From positions 1-64,000 of IMG/VR virus record IMGVR_UViG_3300030329_004457: 64,000 nt of DNA. The stretch is one strand, 5' to 3'. The position numbers were made by a program, and so were the translations under genes. The notes under the pieces are model-generated. The model was not told where the DNA came from. It saw nothing but the letters and a program-made list of their open reading frames with translations, and made no database searches. Of the stretch, positions 48,873-60,667 are shown piece after piece (the stretch's first letter is position 1; every line of letters starts with the position of its first letter). Origin of the DNA: a virus.

Positions 48873-49323
48873 TAAATTTCTCCATGACTACAGGAACAGG
48901 ATGCGCAACACTGACAATTTTCATCACATTGACAAATATTGTCGGAAGTACTATTACCAATAGCAAATCCTAATGTTGAGCAGAAAACTACAAGTGCAAA
49001 ATATATATAATATTTCATTTGTTTACCTCTTTTAAATGTCGAGCAATAATATCATTATGTAGTACTTCAGTGGTATCGCTTGAACTTGACTTCTCTGGGA
49101 TGGGAATATTAGAGACTGATTGATTTTTTTTAACTCTAATATAATTAAATAGATTGAAAAGTGCCGGAATTCCCCAGACTACAGTAATTATCCCTACCAG
49201 TACCACATACTCCATGTATGCTCTTTCTATATTAGACTCTGCAAAACACCCATTTAGTCACAATTGTCTAAAATAATTTTTGAGTGCTAGCATATTTCTC
49301 TACCATAGTATACCCCCAATTTA

Positions 49324-49623
49324 CTACTTTGGGGCTAGAATTTCTGGATTAGATTGTGCAATACAATTGTCTTGTACGGTACAAAAATAACTATATTTTA
49401 TTTCATAATTTGGACCATACATATTCTCAGGCCATGTACAAGTCCAAACATTAACTCTCCACTTATTGTAGTAAACATTCTTAGCGCTTACTTTATAGAA
49501 ATCTTTAATCTTGCCTAATTTTTCTAAAACTTCTTCACATACTAATTTTTCTTGTAAAGAAGGGTCTATATCTTTTTGCTTCTGTACTTTACTTTTTACT
49601 GTTTTTTCTAAGGTTTGACTCAT
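49324..49623 (-). CDS. Hypothetical protein
   Basis: 99-aa ORF with AAGGAG SD; KWRVNVW. Confidence 0.65.
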   Translation of the reverse strand: MSQTLEKTVKSKVQKQKDIDPSLQEKLVCEEVLEKLGKIKDFYKVSAKNVYYNKWRVNVWTCTWPENMYGPNYEIKYSYFCTVQDNCIAQSNPEILAPK

Positions 49624-50384
49624 CGTAGTACTCCTTTATAAAAACTCGCGTGCTAAAGACTATCACAGACTCATAAGGCTAAGTCGGAAAGGACATCCGT
49701 CCGTGGGTGAAAAATTTATTGATTATTAATAACTTTATAAAAACTCGCGTGCTATAGACTATTCGAGACTGCAAGGGGCTACAAGGGCCAGTACGCCCCT
49801 GTTGTTTCTTGGTTTTTTGCTTTATTTTTCTGAGTTTTTATGTAAGCCTATACACCGTAAGCACTTACGTTCATTATACAGTAAGGATCGGCAGAATCAA
49901 CCCCTAATCTTGAGAAAATCTCCATAAGTCTTTATATATCAACAACTTACAGTTCGGCACAAGAGTTGCACTACGGAATTGCCGTAAGTCTATATATATC
50001 AATAACTTAGAGCGATGCGGGCGGGCTGCGATTTCCCTAAGTCCTTTGGTAGTAAGGGGTTATGTCAATTTACTTCGCTTTTTGCTGTCCTTTCCAAAAC
50101 CAGTTCCCAATTTATGTTCACCTCTACGCCGTCACCTCGGTCCCGTGGACCTTCAGCATACAAAGCTTTACATCGAAGTACTTCGTTCTCAGCACCTTCC
50201 TCGTTCCAACCTATAGTTCGCAAAAATTCCAAGAGCCTTGTCCAATGTGCGTTTTTTATTTCTTCATTCATGATAAATACTTTCTAAAAGTAAAAACCCC
50301 CACGCGAGTGCGTAGGGGGAAAGGGCTAGGAAAGACAGGGCATTGAGCAACAGAGCTTTACCCTACCTTCCCGGCTTCACCTTT

Positions 50385-51365
50385 TTATGTAGCCAGTGCA
50401 AGTGCTGTATCCAGCGCTTTCTGGCTTAGGTTTCCATTCTGCCCAAACCATAATGAGTCCATGCGGTTCTCATTAGTTCGGCCCTTTTCATAATTAAGGT
50501 ATTCGGTAACACCGTTATAAGCGGCCCAATAAGTGCCGTTTACTCCCGGCATATCGTTACCTTTACCGATCAAGAAGAATTCTTCTACTTTCCCGATTAT
50601 GTTTTTAGTTCGGGTTGATAGGTCGTCATCTTCTTGTTGTTGTACGTCCAATACGATTTTAACGTACTTGTGAAGATCGGAAGCGTTAATCTGCTTTGAA
50701 GCTAAAAACCGGTACTGTTCGGCAGTTGCTTCAAATTCCTGATCTGCTAAGTTCATAATGTCGCGTAGTTTTTCAACATTGTTCTTGACAAATCGGTGAT
50801 GCCTAATCCGAATCAGCTTAGAGGCTTTACTACTACGGGCCATTGATTCCGTATTAGCACAAACCACTCGAATCGGAGTAAATCCAAAGTGAACTGCCAG
50901 CTTTCCATCATGCCCATTGGAGAGCAAAGCAAACTTGGCAATCTCATCATTTGGTACGATTTCGGTATTTTCCAAACCTAATTGGCAAAGCACCCAAACA
51001 CGTTCACCGCCACGCAAGGAACCAGCAGTATGCAAACGCATATCTCCCGAATCAATCAGCGGCTCAAACACTTTAAACGCATCACGATTCTGCAATGGTG
51101 TCCAACGAGGACCAACAACGCCAAGCACCTTATCGTCTGAGGTTCTCACGGCAGCTTGGGCCTTTACCTCTTCACCCACAACCTGATCCGCTGCGCCTTT
51201 ACGGTAGAGCGGTTCGGTTTCAACTTCCCAATCTAAACCGGCTAACTTGAACGCATCCCAAAAGTTGGTAGCGTCGTCAATCTCGGTTCCCAAACCATGC
51301 CAAGGGGTAGCACCTGCGAAAACCATTCTTTCTACTTCGTGAGACATACTTCCTAATCCTTTCAA
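50385..51365 (-). CDS. DUF932/DUF945-family phage protein
   Basis: TPWHGLG, AGLDWEV, LQNRDAF, TAGSLRGGERVW, NGHDG, TPIRVVCANT, GTYWAAYNGVTEY. Confidence 0.88.
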   Translation of the reverse strand: MKGLGSMSHEVERMVFAGATPWHGLGTEIDDATNFWDAFKLAGLDWEVETEPLYRKGAADQVVGEEVKAQAAVRTSDDKVLGVVGPRWTPLQNRDAFKVFEPLIDSGDMRLHTAGSLRGGERVWVLCQLGLENTEIVPNDEIAKFALLSNGHDGKLAVHFGFTPIRVVCANTESMARSSKASKLIRIRHHRFVKNNVEKLRDIMNLADQEFEATAEQYRFLASKQINASDLHKYVKIVLDVQQQEDDDLSTRTKNIIGKVEEFFLIGKGNDMPGVNGTYWAAYNGVTEYLNYEKGRTNENRMDSLWFGQNGNLSQKALDTALALAT

Positions 51366-51430
51366 AAAAACAAAACTGTTGAATACTCTTTAATTGTACC
51401 ACAAGACTTAGCAATGTCAATCCCTAAAAT

Positions 51431-51736
51431 TCAAAATTCTTTACCCTCTTCCCATCGCACGGTATCTGTGTCGTCTGAACAAGGGAATAGATCATTGAAG
51501 CACTTGTCACATGTATTGCTAATTAACAGTTCTCGTTCAGCAGCATTTAGATATGGCATTACATCTTGAATCAATTTGCCTTGTTGCCACTGAATTACAT
51601 CAACAGGGTTTACTGCGAGCGTAGTGCTATTGTTGCAAATATTGCAAGCCACATTCATTTCCATCGTTCCAGTTTCGATCATTTGAGTTTTTCCTTTCGT
51701 TGGTTGTTCTTTCATTATACTATATACATCGTCCAA
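51431..51736 (-). CDS. Zn-binding hypothetical protein
   Basis: CNIC..LIQDVMPYL..ERELLISNTCDKC. Confidence 0.6.
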   Translation of the reverse strand: MDDVYSIMKEQPTKGKTQMIETGTMEMNVACNICNNSTTLAVNPVDVIQWQQGKLIQDVMPYLNAAERELLISNTCDKCFNDLFPCSDDTDTVRWEEGKEF

Positions 51737-51986
51737 GTCAACCCCTAAACTTTAAAGAAAAATAGAATTGCCGTAAGTCGTTATCAGCAAAGGAGTTACG
51801 GTTCGCGGGGCGGGCCAGCACCGTCCTAAGTGCTTACCACATAAGGGTTTAGAAAAAGGGTGGGCGAGATTTACCCGCGCCACCCTTATACCCTATTCCG
51901 TACCGTCAACCATCCACCACAGCATCCCAATCGTGCCTAAGATAATTGACATAAGTAGATATCCTACCATGCACATATCCTTTACT

Positions 51987-52238
51987 TTAGAGTGCGGCTA
52001 ACAGTTCTGCGGCCTCCTGTGGAGTAGGGATTCGACGTTGATCACTGAGGTATGGTTGCCATTCGTGATATAGCTCAGGATAACGCTTTTTTTCTGTAAT
52101 AAGTCGTTGCTTAAAGCTAGCGGGAGTCATTCCCAATTCGCTAGCAGCATCGCCAATACTGTTGAATGTGTTACGCTCTTTAATAGTGACGCGCAAAAAA
52201 TCTTGTAAAGTCACTACTGCTCTCGTTTTAGTGCTCAT
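51987..52238 (-). CDS. Small HTH-like protein
   Basis: FNSIGDAASELGMT. Confidence 0.5.
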   Translation of the reverse strand: MSTKTRAVVTLQDFLRVTIKERNTFNSIGDAASELGMTPASFKQRLITEKKRYPELYHEWQPYLSDQRRIPTPQEAAELLAAL

Positions 52239-52423
52239 AACTTACCTTTCAATAGTTAAAAAAAACTGGTCAGCATCTAGTACAGAATCACCTTCACTAA
52301 ATTCAATAGTATCACAAGGGTAATATTCTCCTTCCTTTTTATCATAGACTGTAGCGGTTTCCTTTAAAAATTCTGGTTCCTGCATTCCTTTTTCATATAA
52401 AAATTCTACCAACTCCCCATAAT

Positions 52424-53218
52424 TCATACCTTGACCTTTCGAGAATAAGAATGTTTAACTTTATTTTTCCTTAACAATTGCAACGCTTTCGACGCGTCCG
52501 TGTCTTTCGGTTGTGTGCCGTGAATCAGCAAAGCAAAATCTTGGTTTTTTAATTCAGGATCGGCAGCATGACTATCATCGTGGTCGATGTCCAAACCTAA
52601 ATCTTCTGCCTCTTGCTCACTGAAAACGACTTTTGACGCTCTAAGATTATTCGCCTCAATCAAAGGGTCAGCTTTCCCGCCATAACTTGCTGTCAAAATA
52701 AAATTCGGCAGACTACTAACCAGCGATTGATTATGGAGCCAATACGTTATTGACTTTGTGTAGGCATAAAATAGTTTTTGCGGAAACATTTTCGCAATTG
52801 CCAACCAAGCTAAAAAGTATTTTTCGTTGAAAAAATCACCCGCCACATGAATACGACAGACACCTAAATCTTTTGGCATTGCCTCTAAAATTTCCTTGAC
52901 TAATTCTACTGTGTCTAACTTGCGCAGACTATCAAAATTGTTTTTACGTAAATTGTATAGATTAGTATACTGAACTTCTTGACTAGCAGAAAAGCACCTA
53001 AACTCTGTATTTGGTCCGTCTTTAATAGTTCGCTTACCTTCGCTATTTTCCACAGCTTTACTTAGACATTCCTTAGCAAACGGACACGAGAAGCCAGACA
53101 ATAGGTCAAACGAATAAACTTTTTTACCTTCCAAATATTTTTCTAGAGACTTGACTTGTTTCAATGCTTCGATTTTCGCGTTTGCCTTTGAGAACTTAAC
53201 CATTTTGTTTCCTTTCAT
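52424..53218 (-). CDS. Phage Gp88-like protein
   Basis: FDLLSGFSCPFAKEC..CF, RIHVAGDFF, FYAYTKS, ALLIHG. Confidence 0.75.
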   Translation of the reverse strand: MKGNKMVKFSKANAKIEALKQVKSLEKYLEGKKVYSFDLLSGFSCPFAKECLSKAVENSEGKRTIKDGPNTEFRCFSASQEVQYTNLYNLRKNNFDSLRKLDTVELVKEILEAMPKDLGVCRIHVAGDFFNEKYFLAWLAIAKMFPQKLFYAYTKSITYWLHNQSLVSSLPNFILTASYGGKADPLIEANNLRASKVVFSEQEAEDLGLDIDHDDSHAADPELKNQDFALLIHGTQPKDTDASKALQLLRKNKVKHSYSRKVKV

Positions 53219-53394
53219 GTGTTTTGTGTTATGCTTCCATTATACTATATTATCGTCCAATGTCAACCCCTCACATGAGAAAAACTTATAGAAATTTTAA
53301 ATGTCGTAAACCCTTGATATCAAAAGACTTACGCAAAACTCGCGTGCTATAACTCATTAAGGACTCCAACCAGCCTAGAACGGCTGATACAAAG

Positions 53395-53468
<74 letters not shown>

Positions 53469-54531
53469 ATATTATTATTATACTATATTTATCGGCTAAG
53501 TCAACCCCAAACTTTACAATAAAATAAAATAGCTCTAAGTCGTTATGTAGTAAGGGGTTACGTCGAGCGGGGCGGGGCGCCATCGTCCTAAGTCGTTGCA
53601 TCACAAGGGGTTAGGTCAACATAAGTATATCCAGCTTCTTTCAACAGGTCCACAAATTGGATTTCGTGTTCGAGTTGTGTAAAATATACGGACTTTTCAA
53701 ACGGTCCCGTAACATAAGTGATAAAGACACCGTGCCTACTTGCGTCAGCAAAATCTGCATTCTTATCTCTAGGTTTGACTGTATACTCTTTTTTCTTTAG
53801 TTTAGTCATTGTATACTCCAGAGTAAAAAAAGGGACACCTAGCCAAAAGGATTAAAGGCCAGATGTCCCCACACGAAAGGAGAGGTTCCTTAGATATTTA
53901 CATTTAGATTATATCTCTCTTTCGCAATCTTCTTAATATACGACGTTTGTCCAGTGTGACAAATCACACCGTCCACAACAATCTTGGCCCATTGATGACG
54001 GTTCTTGTTAGTTGTGTTAAGAACCACGCGAGCGACCTTGTGAATGTTTCCTTGTACAGCTTTCATCTCATCTCTCCTTCGCAAAAAGTAAAAAAGTAAA
54101 AAGGTTGTTGCTTCTGATGCCTTCATTATACTATATACATCGGCAATGTCAACCCCTCTACTTTAGAAAAAAACAAAATAGCTGTAACTTGTTGTGTGAT
54201 AAGAGGTTACGTCAATCGCGGCCCGCCCCCTTCGCCCTAAGTCGTTTAGTACCAAGGGTTTAGGGATATTGCAACATCACATAAAGACAACCACTTACCC
54301 ATAAGATCACGCCTACAAATTGTAGGAAGTTAATAACAAAATCTTTCATAGTTATTGTTCCGTTTTAATTTCATAATTCATCGGAATAAACTGCCAGTCA
54401 AACTCTTCGCCTATCCATTGCGTGCAGTCATATGGATCGGTTCCGACGTGTTGTGGAACCATGATCGTTATTGTACTGTTAGTTGTAGGTCGAATCGCTT
54501 GACAAATGACACTCAACATTTATATACCTGT

Positions 54532-54750
54532 TTAGCTAGGAACTTTGGCTAGGAATTGTACCTTGTTATTACTATAGGATTTATAAAATCCCCCATGATC
54601 CAAGCAAAAACCTCCGGCCTTTAACCCGCCTCTGTAACTAGGCCATGTGCGTTCAACGCGACCTTTTCTCATCTTGTCATGATATCGAAACTGAACCACA
54701 TCGCCTTCTTTTACCTTTAACATTTTCTTTTCTCCACTAAAATTTTCCAA
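54532..54750 (-). CDS. Small SH3/WYL-like early protein
   Basis: GDVVQFRYHDKMRKGRVE..YKSYS pattern. Confidence 0.45.
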   Translation of the reverse strand: MENFSGEKKMLKVKEGDVVQFRYHDKMRKGRVERTWPSYRGGLKAGGFCLDHGGFYKSYSNNKVQFLAKVPS

Positions 54751-55917
54751 ACTTACCTAACTACTATTATTATACCACACTCAGACTCAAAGTCAAGCCC
54801 CAGCGAGTAAATTTTTTACCTGAGTATCCCAAAATTCTTCAACTGTTTCCAATTCTTCCATATCAACCTCGTCGTGAATACTTTCAAATTCAGCTCGTTC
54901 TTCTGGTGTGAACATATCAAAACTCATTTCTTCACATTGTACTTGTGTGTCGTAATCGTCAAACGTCATGACTTACCCTTTCGTTATTCGCAAGAAAATC
55001 GACCGTTACTAGTGACATCTTTCCAAGTTGGTGGAATTACTTCTTCAGTACAAATTACTTCAGATGGGCCGTGACCGTAAAGTTTTACATAACTTTCACC
55101 GTCTTCATTCTGGAAGATTCTATCTTGGCTAATGTACATGTGAGTTTCCTCACGTCCCGTTTTTGAATTCAAGATTGTTACGTTGAAGTGTTTCATGGTT
55201 CCTCTTTCGTGTTTGTTGTTTCTCATGCCCTCATTATAACTATATATCGGCAGAAGTCAACCCCCTAGATCAATAATTCTGAGAAATTTCCCAAGATTGT
55301 TCTAAGTCGTTGGTATATAAGGGTTTACGTCGAGCGCGGCCCGCCCCCAGCGATGTAAGTCGTTACACACCAAGGGTTTAGGTCATTCTGTTATAACCAA
55401 CCATAATGCCTTACCCCCTATCAATAATCCTACAGTCCATAGAATGATATCTATCCATAATATCATATTACTGCCCTCATATATACGAGTCGATGGCCGC
55501 TATTGAGAAGTTTTTCTTTAACTTTTTCCGCTTGTTCCCTAGTGCTAAACAAAAAGTTTTTGCGTTTACCTTTCCGTGTTTCAACGCATAGCTCTACCAT
55601 GTTAGAGGCTCAACGCCTTCTCCACGTCTTGCTGTGTTAGTTTGATAGTTTTTCCCGCACTATCTTGAAACAGACAAACCACACCGCCGCTCTTGGTGTT
55701 TTCAATCTTAGTAAAAGTCAACTCTGCACCATTAAATTCAATCTTGCTACCATAAGGGAAATTCATAATTTTCTCCTAGTATTCTCTAGTCCACTCTTTA
55801 GTGATTTCGTATTGGATATGCTCATCAGGAAATTGGTGTTTTACAATTACTTTAGTTGTAGCAACACATCCTGACATTACACTACACATGAGCGCTATCC
55901 ATAGCATTCTAACCATC

Positions 55918-56256
55918 TTAATCCTCTAAATCAATATTCATTGCCGATGCAAACGCCATATTAGCACGATATTGGGCGTCGGCATCAACGTGTGCGTTTG
56001 ATCTATCAAGTTCGCCTGACAAATCAATAAACTGACCTATTGCATCGTGCCTACTTAACTTATCGACTTGTTCTCGATAGTTCTTTATGTTTTCTTGGCG
56101 TTTTCTCTCATTTTCTTTTTTTAATTCGATTCTTTTCTTTTCTTCGTCCGCAGCATTACAAAGCTCATCCCATTCCGTTAGGCTTTTACCTTCATATTCA
56201 ATACAATCCATAAAGGCCGTTTGAAGGTTGTAATACAATTCTTTCATGTTGCTCAT
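55918..56256 (-). CDS. Hypothetical early protein
   Basis: 112-aa ORF with GAGG SD. Confidence 0.6.
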   Translation of the reverse strand: MSNMKELYYNLQTAFMDCIEYEGKSLTEWDELCNAADEEKKRIELKKENERKRQENIKNYREQVDKLSRHDAIGQFIDLSGELDRSNAHVDADAQYRANMAFASAMNIDLED

Positions 56257-56831
56257 AATTTTCCTCTCGTGTTACTGGTTGTCTTTCCAAGTTCTTTTGA
56301 ATTGTTCCCACGGTACTCGTGGTTCTGGCAACGCTTTCCACGCTGCCATTCTACGCTTAGCCCGTTCCTCCGTCTTGCGATGGTGTTGCGCTAGTGCTGA
56401 TGTCCAGTTCTTTGGTTTGTTGTTTGTCATGATTGTCCTTTTATTGTACCATACTATTTAGAGTTGTCAACCCCCTAAATGTTATTTTTTTAAACTGTGT
56501 AAGGATACTCTTCACTACCATGAATTTTACGACGAACGAAAATTTTAGTTTCGGCATATTTCAGCATTGCATTCCAACGAGCAGTACTAATTTCCGCAGG
56601 TCGTTTGGTTGTGAATCGAGTGTACAGTAAAAATCTTTTGAGTGTCATTGTTTCTCTCCTTTTCATGCCCTTAGTATATTATATATATCGGCACTTGTCA
56701 ACACCCATCATCACTAATTCTGAAAAGTTTTTAAAATAGCTGTAAGTTGTTGATATGAAAGGAGTTACGTCGCGCGGGGCGGGGCGCCGTTGTCGTAAGT
56801 CGTTACAGCGTAAGGGGTTAGGCTTATAGGC

Positions 56832-56937
56832 TACCCCGCTTCGGACTTGCACCGAGAATGCTTGCGGTGTCTACTTGTGGCTAGGTTACCACACCATATT
56901 CACCGACCTATCAAGCATCGCCTGCTATGACCGGGGC
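56832..56937 (-). ncRNA. tRNA-like structured RNA with extended, pseudoknotted anticodon-position arm
   Basis: GCCCCG/CGGGGU-A acceptor-like stem; UCGG-UGCAAGU-CCGA T-arm; nested AUGCUUG/CAAGCAU, CGGUG/CACCG, UGUGG/CCACA. Confidence 0.6.
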
Positions 56938-57663
56938 TCAATGTTTATACCCATTCAGTGACTCTAAATCCTAGCTTGCGAACAAGCGCCAGTTGGGCTT
57001 TATTTTCAATACTCGTCATATTGGCCATGATCCCAATCGTCACCGCCGTAGAGAGCTTGATATTCCGTGTACTCATCGGGTTGGCCGTCATCCTCAAAAT
57101 CGACAAATTCCGCATTATCCACAAGATCAAAATTGTCAATACTCATGTTGTTTCCTTCGTGCCAAGCGTTGTTTGTTATGCTTTTATTATACCAGAGAAT
57201 TCGAGTTTGTCAACCCCTGTTTTCTAAAATTCTACCAGTCGATTTGTCCAAACCGTTACGATTCCAGTACCGTATATTTCTTTACCACGGTGTCCAACAA
57301 ATCGCACTTTACAGTGTCGAACGCCATACTCTTCCATACAAACAGCAAGTCTTTCAACGCCTCGATCATCCTTCCAGATGTGCTTGTATTTTCCGAGTGT
57401 AGCATTTGGCCAAAGTTTAGTAGTACTCATTTCATTTCCTTTCGTAGTATTGTTTCTTATCATGCCCTTAGTATACAAGTAGTATCGTCATTTGTCAACC
57501 CCATACGCCACTTATTTTCAAAGTTTTTTAAAATAGTTGTAAGTCGTTACTACCAAAGGAGTTACGTCGCTCGGGGCGGGGCCGGATCGTCGTAAGTCGT
57601 TACCACGTAAGCACTTACCCCTATACCCTACTAGCCACAGAGGGCTATATAGGGTAATACGCC

Positions 57664-57981
57664 TTACATTGTCGGTAAGTAATATGGCCAGTTTGATATA
57701 AAGTTAAACCATATTCTGTGCAAGAGGGTAGGTTTCTTAGCCGCAAAGCAACGGTTTTCATAGTACGTTTGTATACTACTATCCGCATGTTTAACAGTGA
57801 ACAGATTACCACTACGATGAAAGTTTTTATCAAACCAACGATATGAACTATAGCGTACAGGATACTTTGTTACGTTGCGAATACTTAATACCCTGCCTGT
57901 TCGGCGTTCAGTAGTATTCTGTACGGGTTGCCGATATCTAAATGATACTATGTCGCCTGTTTTAAAGATAGCCTTACTCAT
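57664..57981 (-). CDS. SH3/WYL-like early protein
   Basis: GDIVSFRY..ERRTGRVLSIR..IQTYY. Confidence 0.45.
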   Translation of the reverse strand: MSKAIFKTGDIVSFRYRQPVQNTTERRTGRVLSIRNVTKYPVRYSSYRWFDKNFHRSGNLFTVKHADSSIQTYYENRCFAAKKPTLLHRIWFNFISNWPYYLPTM

Positions 57982-58886
57982 TGTTTAATATCCTAAGAAG
58001 TCAAGAACCTCGGAACCGCGATATTCTTCTTTATCGCCACATTCTAGTACAAACCTACGAAATGATGAGCTATGAGCTTCAATTTCATCTCGGGCTTCCT
58101 GTTGTGATACAATCGCCTCACATGCTTCATTATAGTCCATGTCTAATCCTCAACCGTGTAAAATGTAATGCGTTAGGATAGCTGATCCGTATAAGATAAT
58201 AGCTGATGGTACAAAGCAGTATAGTACCGTTATCATCCACCACATTGCAATTTCTAAAAGTCTCATCTTATTTCCTTTCGTTTCCTTAATTATACCATAC
58301 AATAAAGCAATGTCAACCCCCATTTGCAACAGTCCATCGCTTACCGTTCGCATCGTGTGATAATCGCATAGGCTCTCGCTTTGTAAAATGCAATCCACCC
58401 TGAATGAGCTGATGTACAGCACCGATACCACCGGCAAACCTTTTACCGTTTTGCATAGTAAAAGACCAGCATACGCCGTCCTTCTTGATATCAGTACAAC
58501 CAATTCCTTGTAGGTCTTCGATAGTCTGAGTTACAATAGTGCGAGCCTGTCGTACCTTCTTCATACCTTCAAGCGTTGTCATGTCATTTCCTTTCGTGTT
58601 ATCATTGTTGTTTGTCATGCTCTTAGTATATACTATATATCGTCATTTGTCAATAGCATAGGCCACGAATTCTTGTAATTATATCAAAATAATTAAAATA
58701 GTTATAAGTCGTTGCTACGTATAGAGTTACGAAGAGGGAGGGCAGGCCCGTTACTACAGTAGAAGTAGGTGGGGTTTTTCTAATCTGGATCGTTGTACGT
58801 CGGAGTGGTATAAAAAGCGCAGGTGGTACAGACAAACTGTAACCACCCACGTTAAATGTCCACTTTTATTATATTCCTAACATTCA

Positions 58887-59948
58887 TCAATATTGATGTA
58901 ATATATTTCGTGCAATCACCGTGTCGGGAATTTGCGGCAGGAATTCGGCTGAGTCAATGATCACGCGCGTATCTGTATTATGATAGATAATAGGTTCGTT
59001 GCGCGGCTTATGTTTCAAAGAGTTAGGAAAGTGAAGATGGTTAAATTTTACCGTCAGTTTTCCTACGGTATTTCTACCGTCGAGTAGTAGCGGAAATTGC
59101 TGTTGTCGAGCGTCACATGTAATATGTTCGATAACAACCGAACCATTTCCATTACCTTGTTGACCAGTGACTAAAATTCTATTAACATTCTCTGGGGCTA
59201 GAAGTGAACAGTGGAACTTTCCTCCTGCTGCTAAATTAATCATCGTGTCTGTGTCGTGGGCTGTATAGAAACCGAACGAGAAGTTTACACCCTGAGAATT
59301 ATTGACCAACAGACCGTTCTGACACCCATGCACCTCCAAGTGCTGTATAGCTATATCTGCACAATTACCATCTGTTAATGTTTTTCCACATTCAATACCA
59401 TTTGTACAGTTATCAATTGTAAAATATCCCATACGATAGTGACCGGTAGCGTTCCCCTTGTCATGTTCAAGCTTTAAACCAGCACTTGCCTTTCCGTTAC
59501 CCCATAAAGAAATACCGTCGAGCGTTAATCCCTTACCCCTACAAAGCAAGATTGGCTGATCCACCGGCCCATCATACAAAATAGCGGTTCCAAGGAAATT
59601 AAATCGTTTACTTAGCCATGGACCACCGCCGTCCAGAACTCCCTTCTTAGGCATTTGTGTTTCGCATCCAGCACCACGCACTTTTAATCCCATACCATCA
59701 GGTAGCTTGATAGTATCTGTAATTCGATATATGCCAGTGGTGAACTCAAGAGCACCGCCCTTACGACGTGTGTCATTACCACTAAAAGCATTAGGTTCCC
59801 ATTGCTCACACATTTTTGCAATTCGCTGTCGAATTACTTCTGTTGCATCCTTTTTACCGTCACCGTAGGACGGGTCAATAACTTGTGCTTGTAACGCATT
59901 TCCTATCAACACCATACATACTACAATCATAGATCTCATGTTGCACAC
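58887..59948 (-). CDS. Secreted parallel beta-helix (pectate lyase-like) protein
   Basis: Signal peptide; GDGKKDAT, FTTGIYRITDTI, KVRGAG; repeating beta-helix pattern. Confidence 0.75.
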   Translation of the reverse strand: MCNMRSMIVVCMVLIGNALQAQVIDPSYGDGKKDATEVIRQRIAKMCEQWEPNAFSGNDTRRKGGALEFTTGIYRITDTIKLPDGMGLKVRGAGCETQMPKKGVLDGGGPWLSKRFNFLGTAILYDGPVDQPILLCRGKGLTLDGISLWGNGKASAGLKLEHDKGNATGHYRMGYFTIDNCTNGIECGKTLTDGNCADIAIQHLEVHGCQNGLLVNNSQGVNFSFGFYTAHDTDTMINLAAGGKFHCSLLAPENVNRILVTGQQGNGNGSVVIEHITCDARQQQFPLLLDGRNTVGKLTVKFNHLHFPNSLKHKPRNEPIIYHNTDTRVIIDSAEFLPQIPDTVIARNILHQY

Positions 59949-59961
59949 TCCTTGATTCCAT

Positions 59962-60258
59962 TTACCAGCCTTTTTGGGGTTGTTCTAAATCTTTATCTTT
60001 ACTATAATCTACCAGTAATTCCTCCCCTTCTTTAATTTCCCTTAAAGTTACTAAATATTTAAAATCTCCCAGAGTAAGAGATTGACAATTTGGCTTAGAG
60101 GAATGATTATATGAGCAATTCGGCATAAGATTAACCCACTCTAAAGCACCGCTTGTCTTTTTGTGGGTTTCAAAAAGCACTTGATTTGCCCCTAGATCCT
60201 TGGATGCAAAGATACCCTGTCCATGTACATTACTATTTTTAAGTTCGCAGTCACTCAT
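59962..60258 (-). CDS. SET-domain protein
   Basis: SNVHGQGIFA, YNHSSKPNC, REIKEGEELLVDY. Confidence 0.9.
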   Translation of the reverse strand: MSDCELKNSNVHGQGIFASKDLGANQVLFETHKKTSGALEWVNLMPNCSYNHSSKPNCQSLTLGDFKYLVTLREIKEGEELLVDYSKDKDLEQPQKGW

Positions 60259-60452
60259 AATTCTTTTAACTCACATCTACCTCGTCCACTTTTTTTAAAA
60301 ATTCCCATCCTTTGTCGTAGTTTTCTTACGGCATCGATAGAAACACTACGTTGATTACGTTCACTTAACTCTATTGCTAAGTCTTTATCTTTAACATTCC
60401 AAGCATGGTCCTTAATAAATTGTTTATCTGCTTGAGTCCATTTAATATTCAT
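60255..60452 (-). CDS. Small HTH/Myb-like DNA-binding protein
   Basis: WTQADKQFIK..LA..RSVSIDAVRKLRQRMG. Confidence 0.55.
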   Translation of the reverse strand: MNIKWTQADKQFIKDHAWNVKDKDLAIELSERNQRSVSIDAVRKLRQRMGIFKKSGRGRCELKEL

Positions 60453-60667
60453 TGCTTTATTTTTTACCTATTAGTGTATTAATAAAGTGGCCATTTGCGT
60501 ATATAATATTATAGTGATCTAATACGACATGGAGACCAAAAGAATGAAAAAAATTATTGAGTCTATTGAACCTGTAGTAATTCCGGCTAGCGGTGTAGAT
60601 GAGCAAGCAATAGCACAAGCCAATTTATCTGAAGAAAAAAATATTCAAGAACTTTTAGGAGACCAAG

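Larger units (their letters stand above)
48520..53349. repeat. Dispersed 15-bp repeat AAAACTCGCGTGCTA, four copies
   Basis: 48520-48534, 49641-49655, 49740-49754, 53335-53349. Confidence 0.85.

Noticed and set aside
56993-57595. 200-aa plus-strand ORF and overlapping plus-strand ORFs
   Set aside because: They run antisense across minus-strand promoters, genes and a double-box module, with implausible composition.
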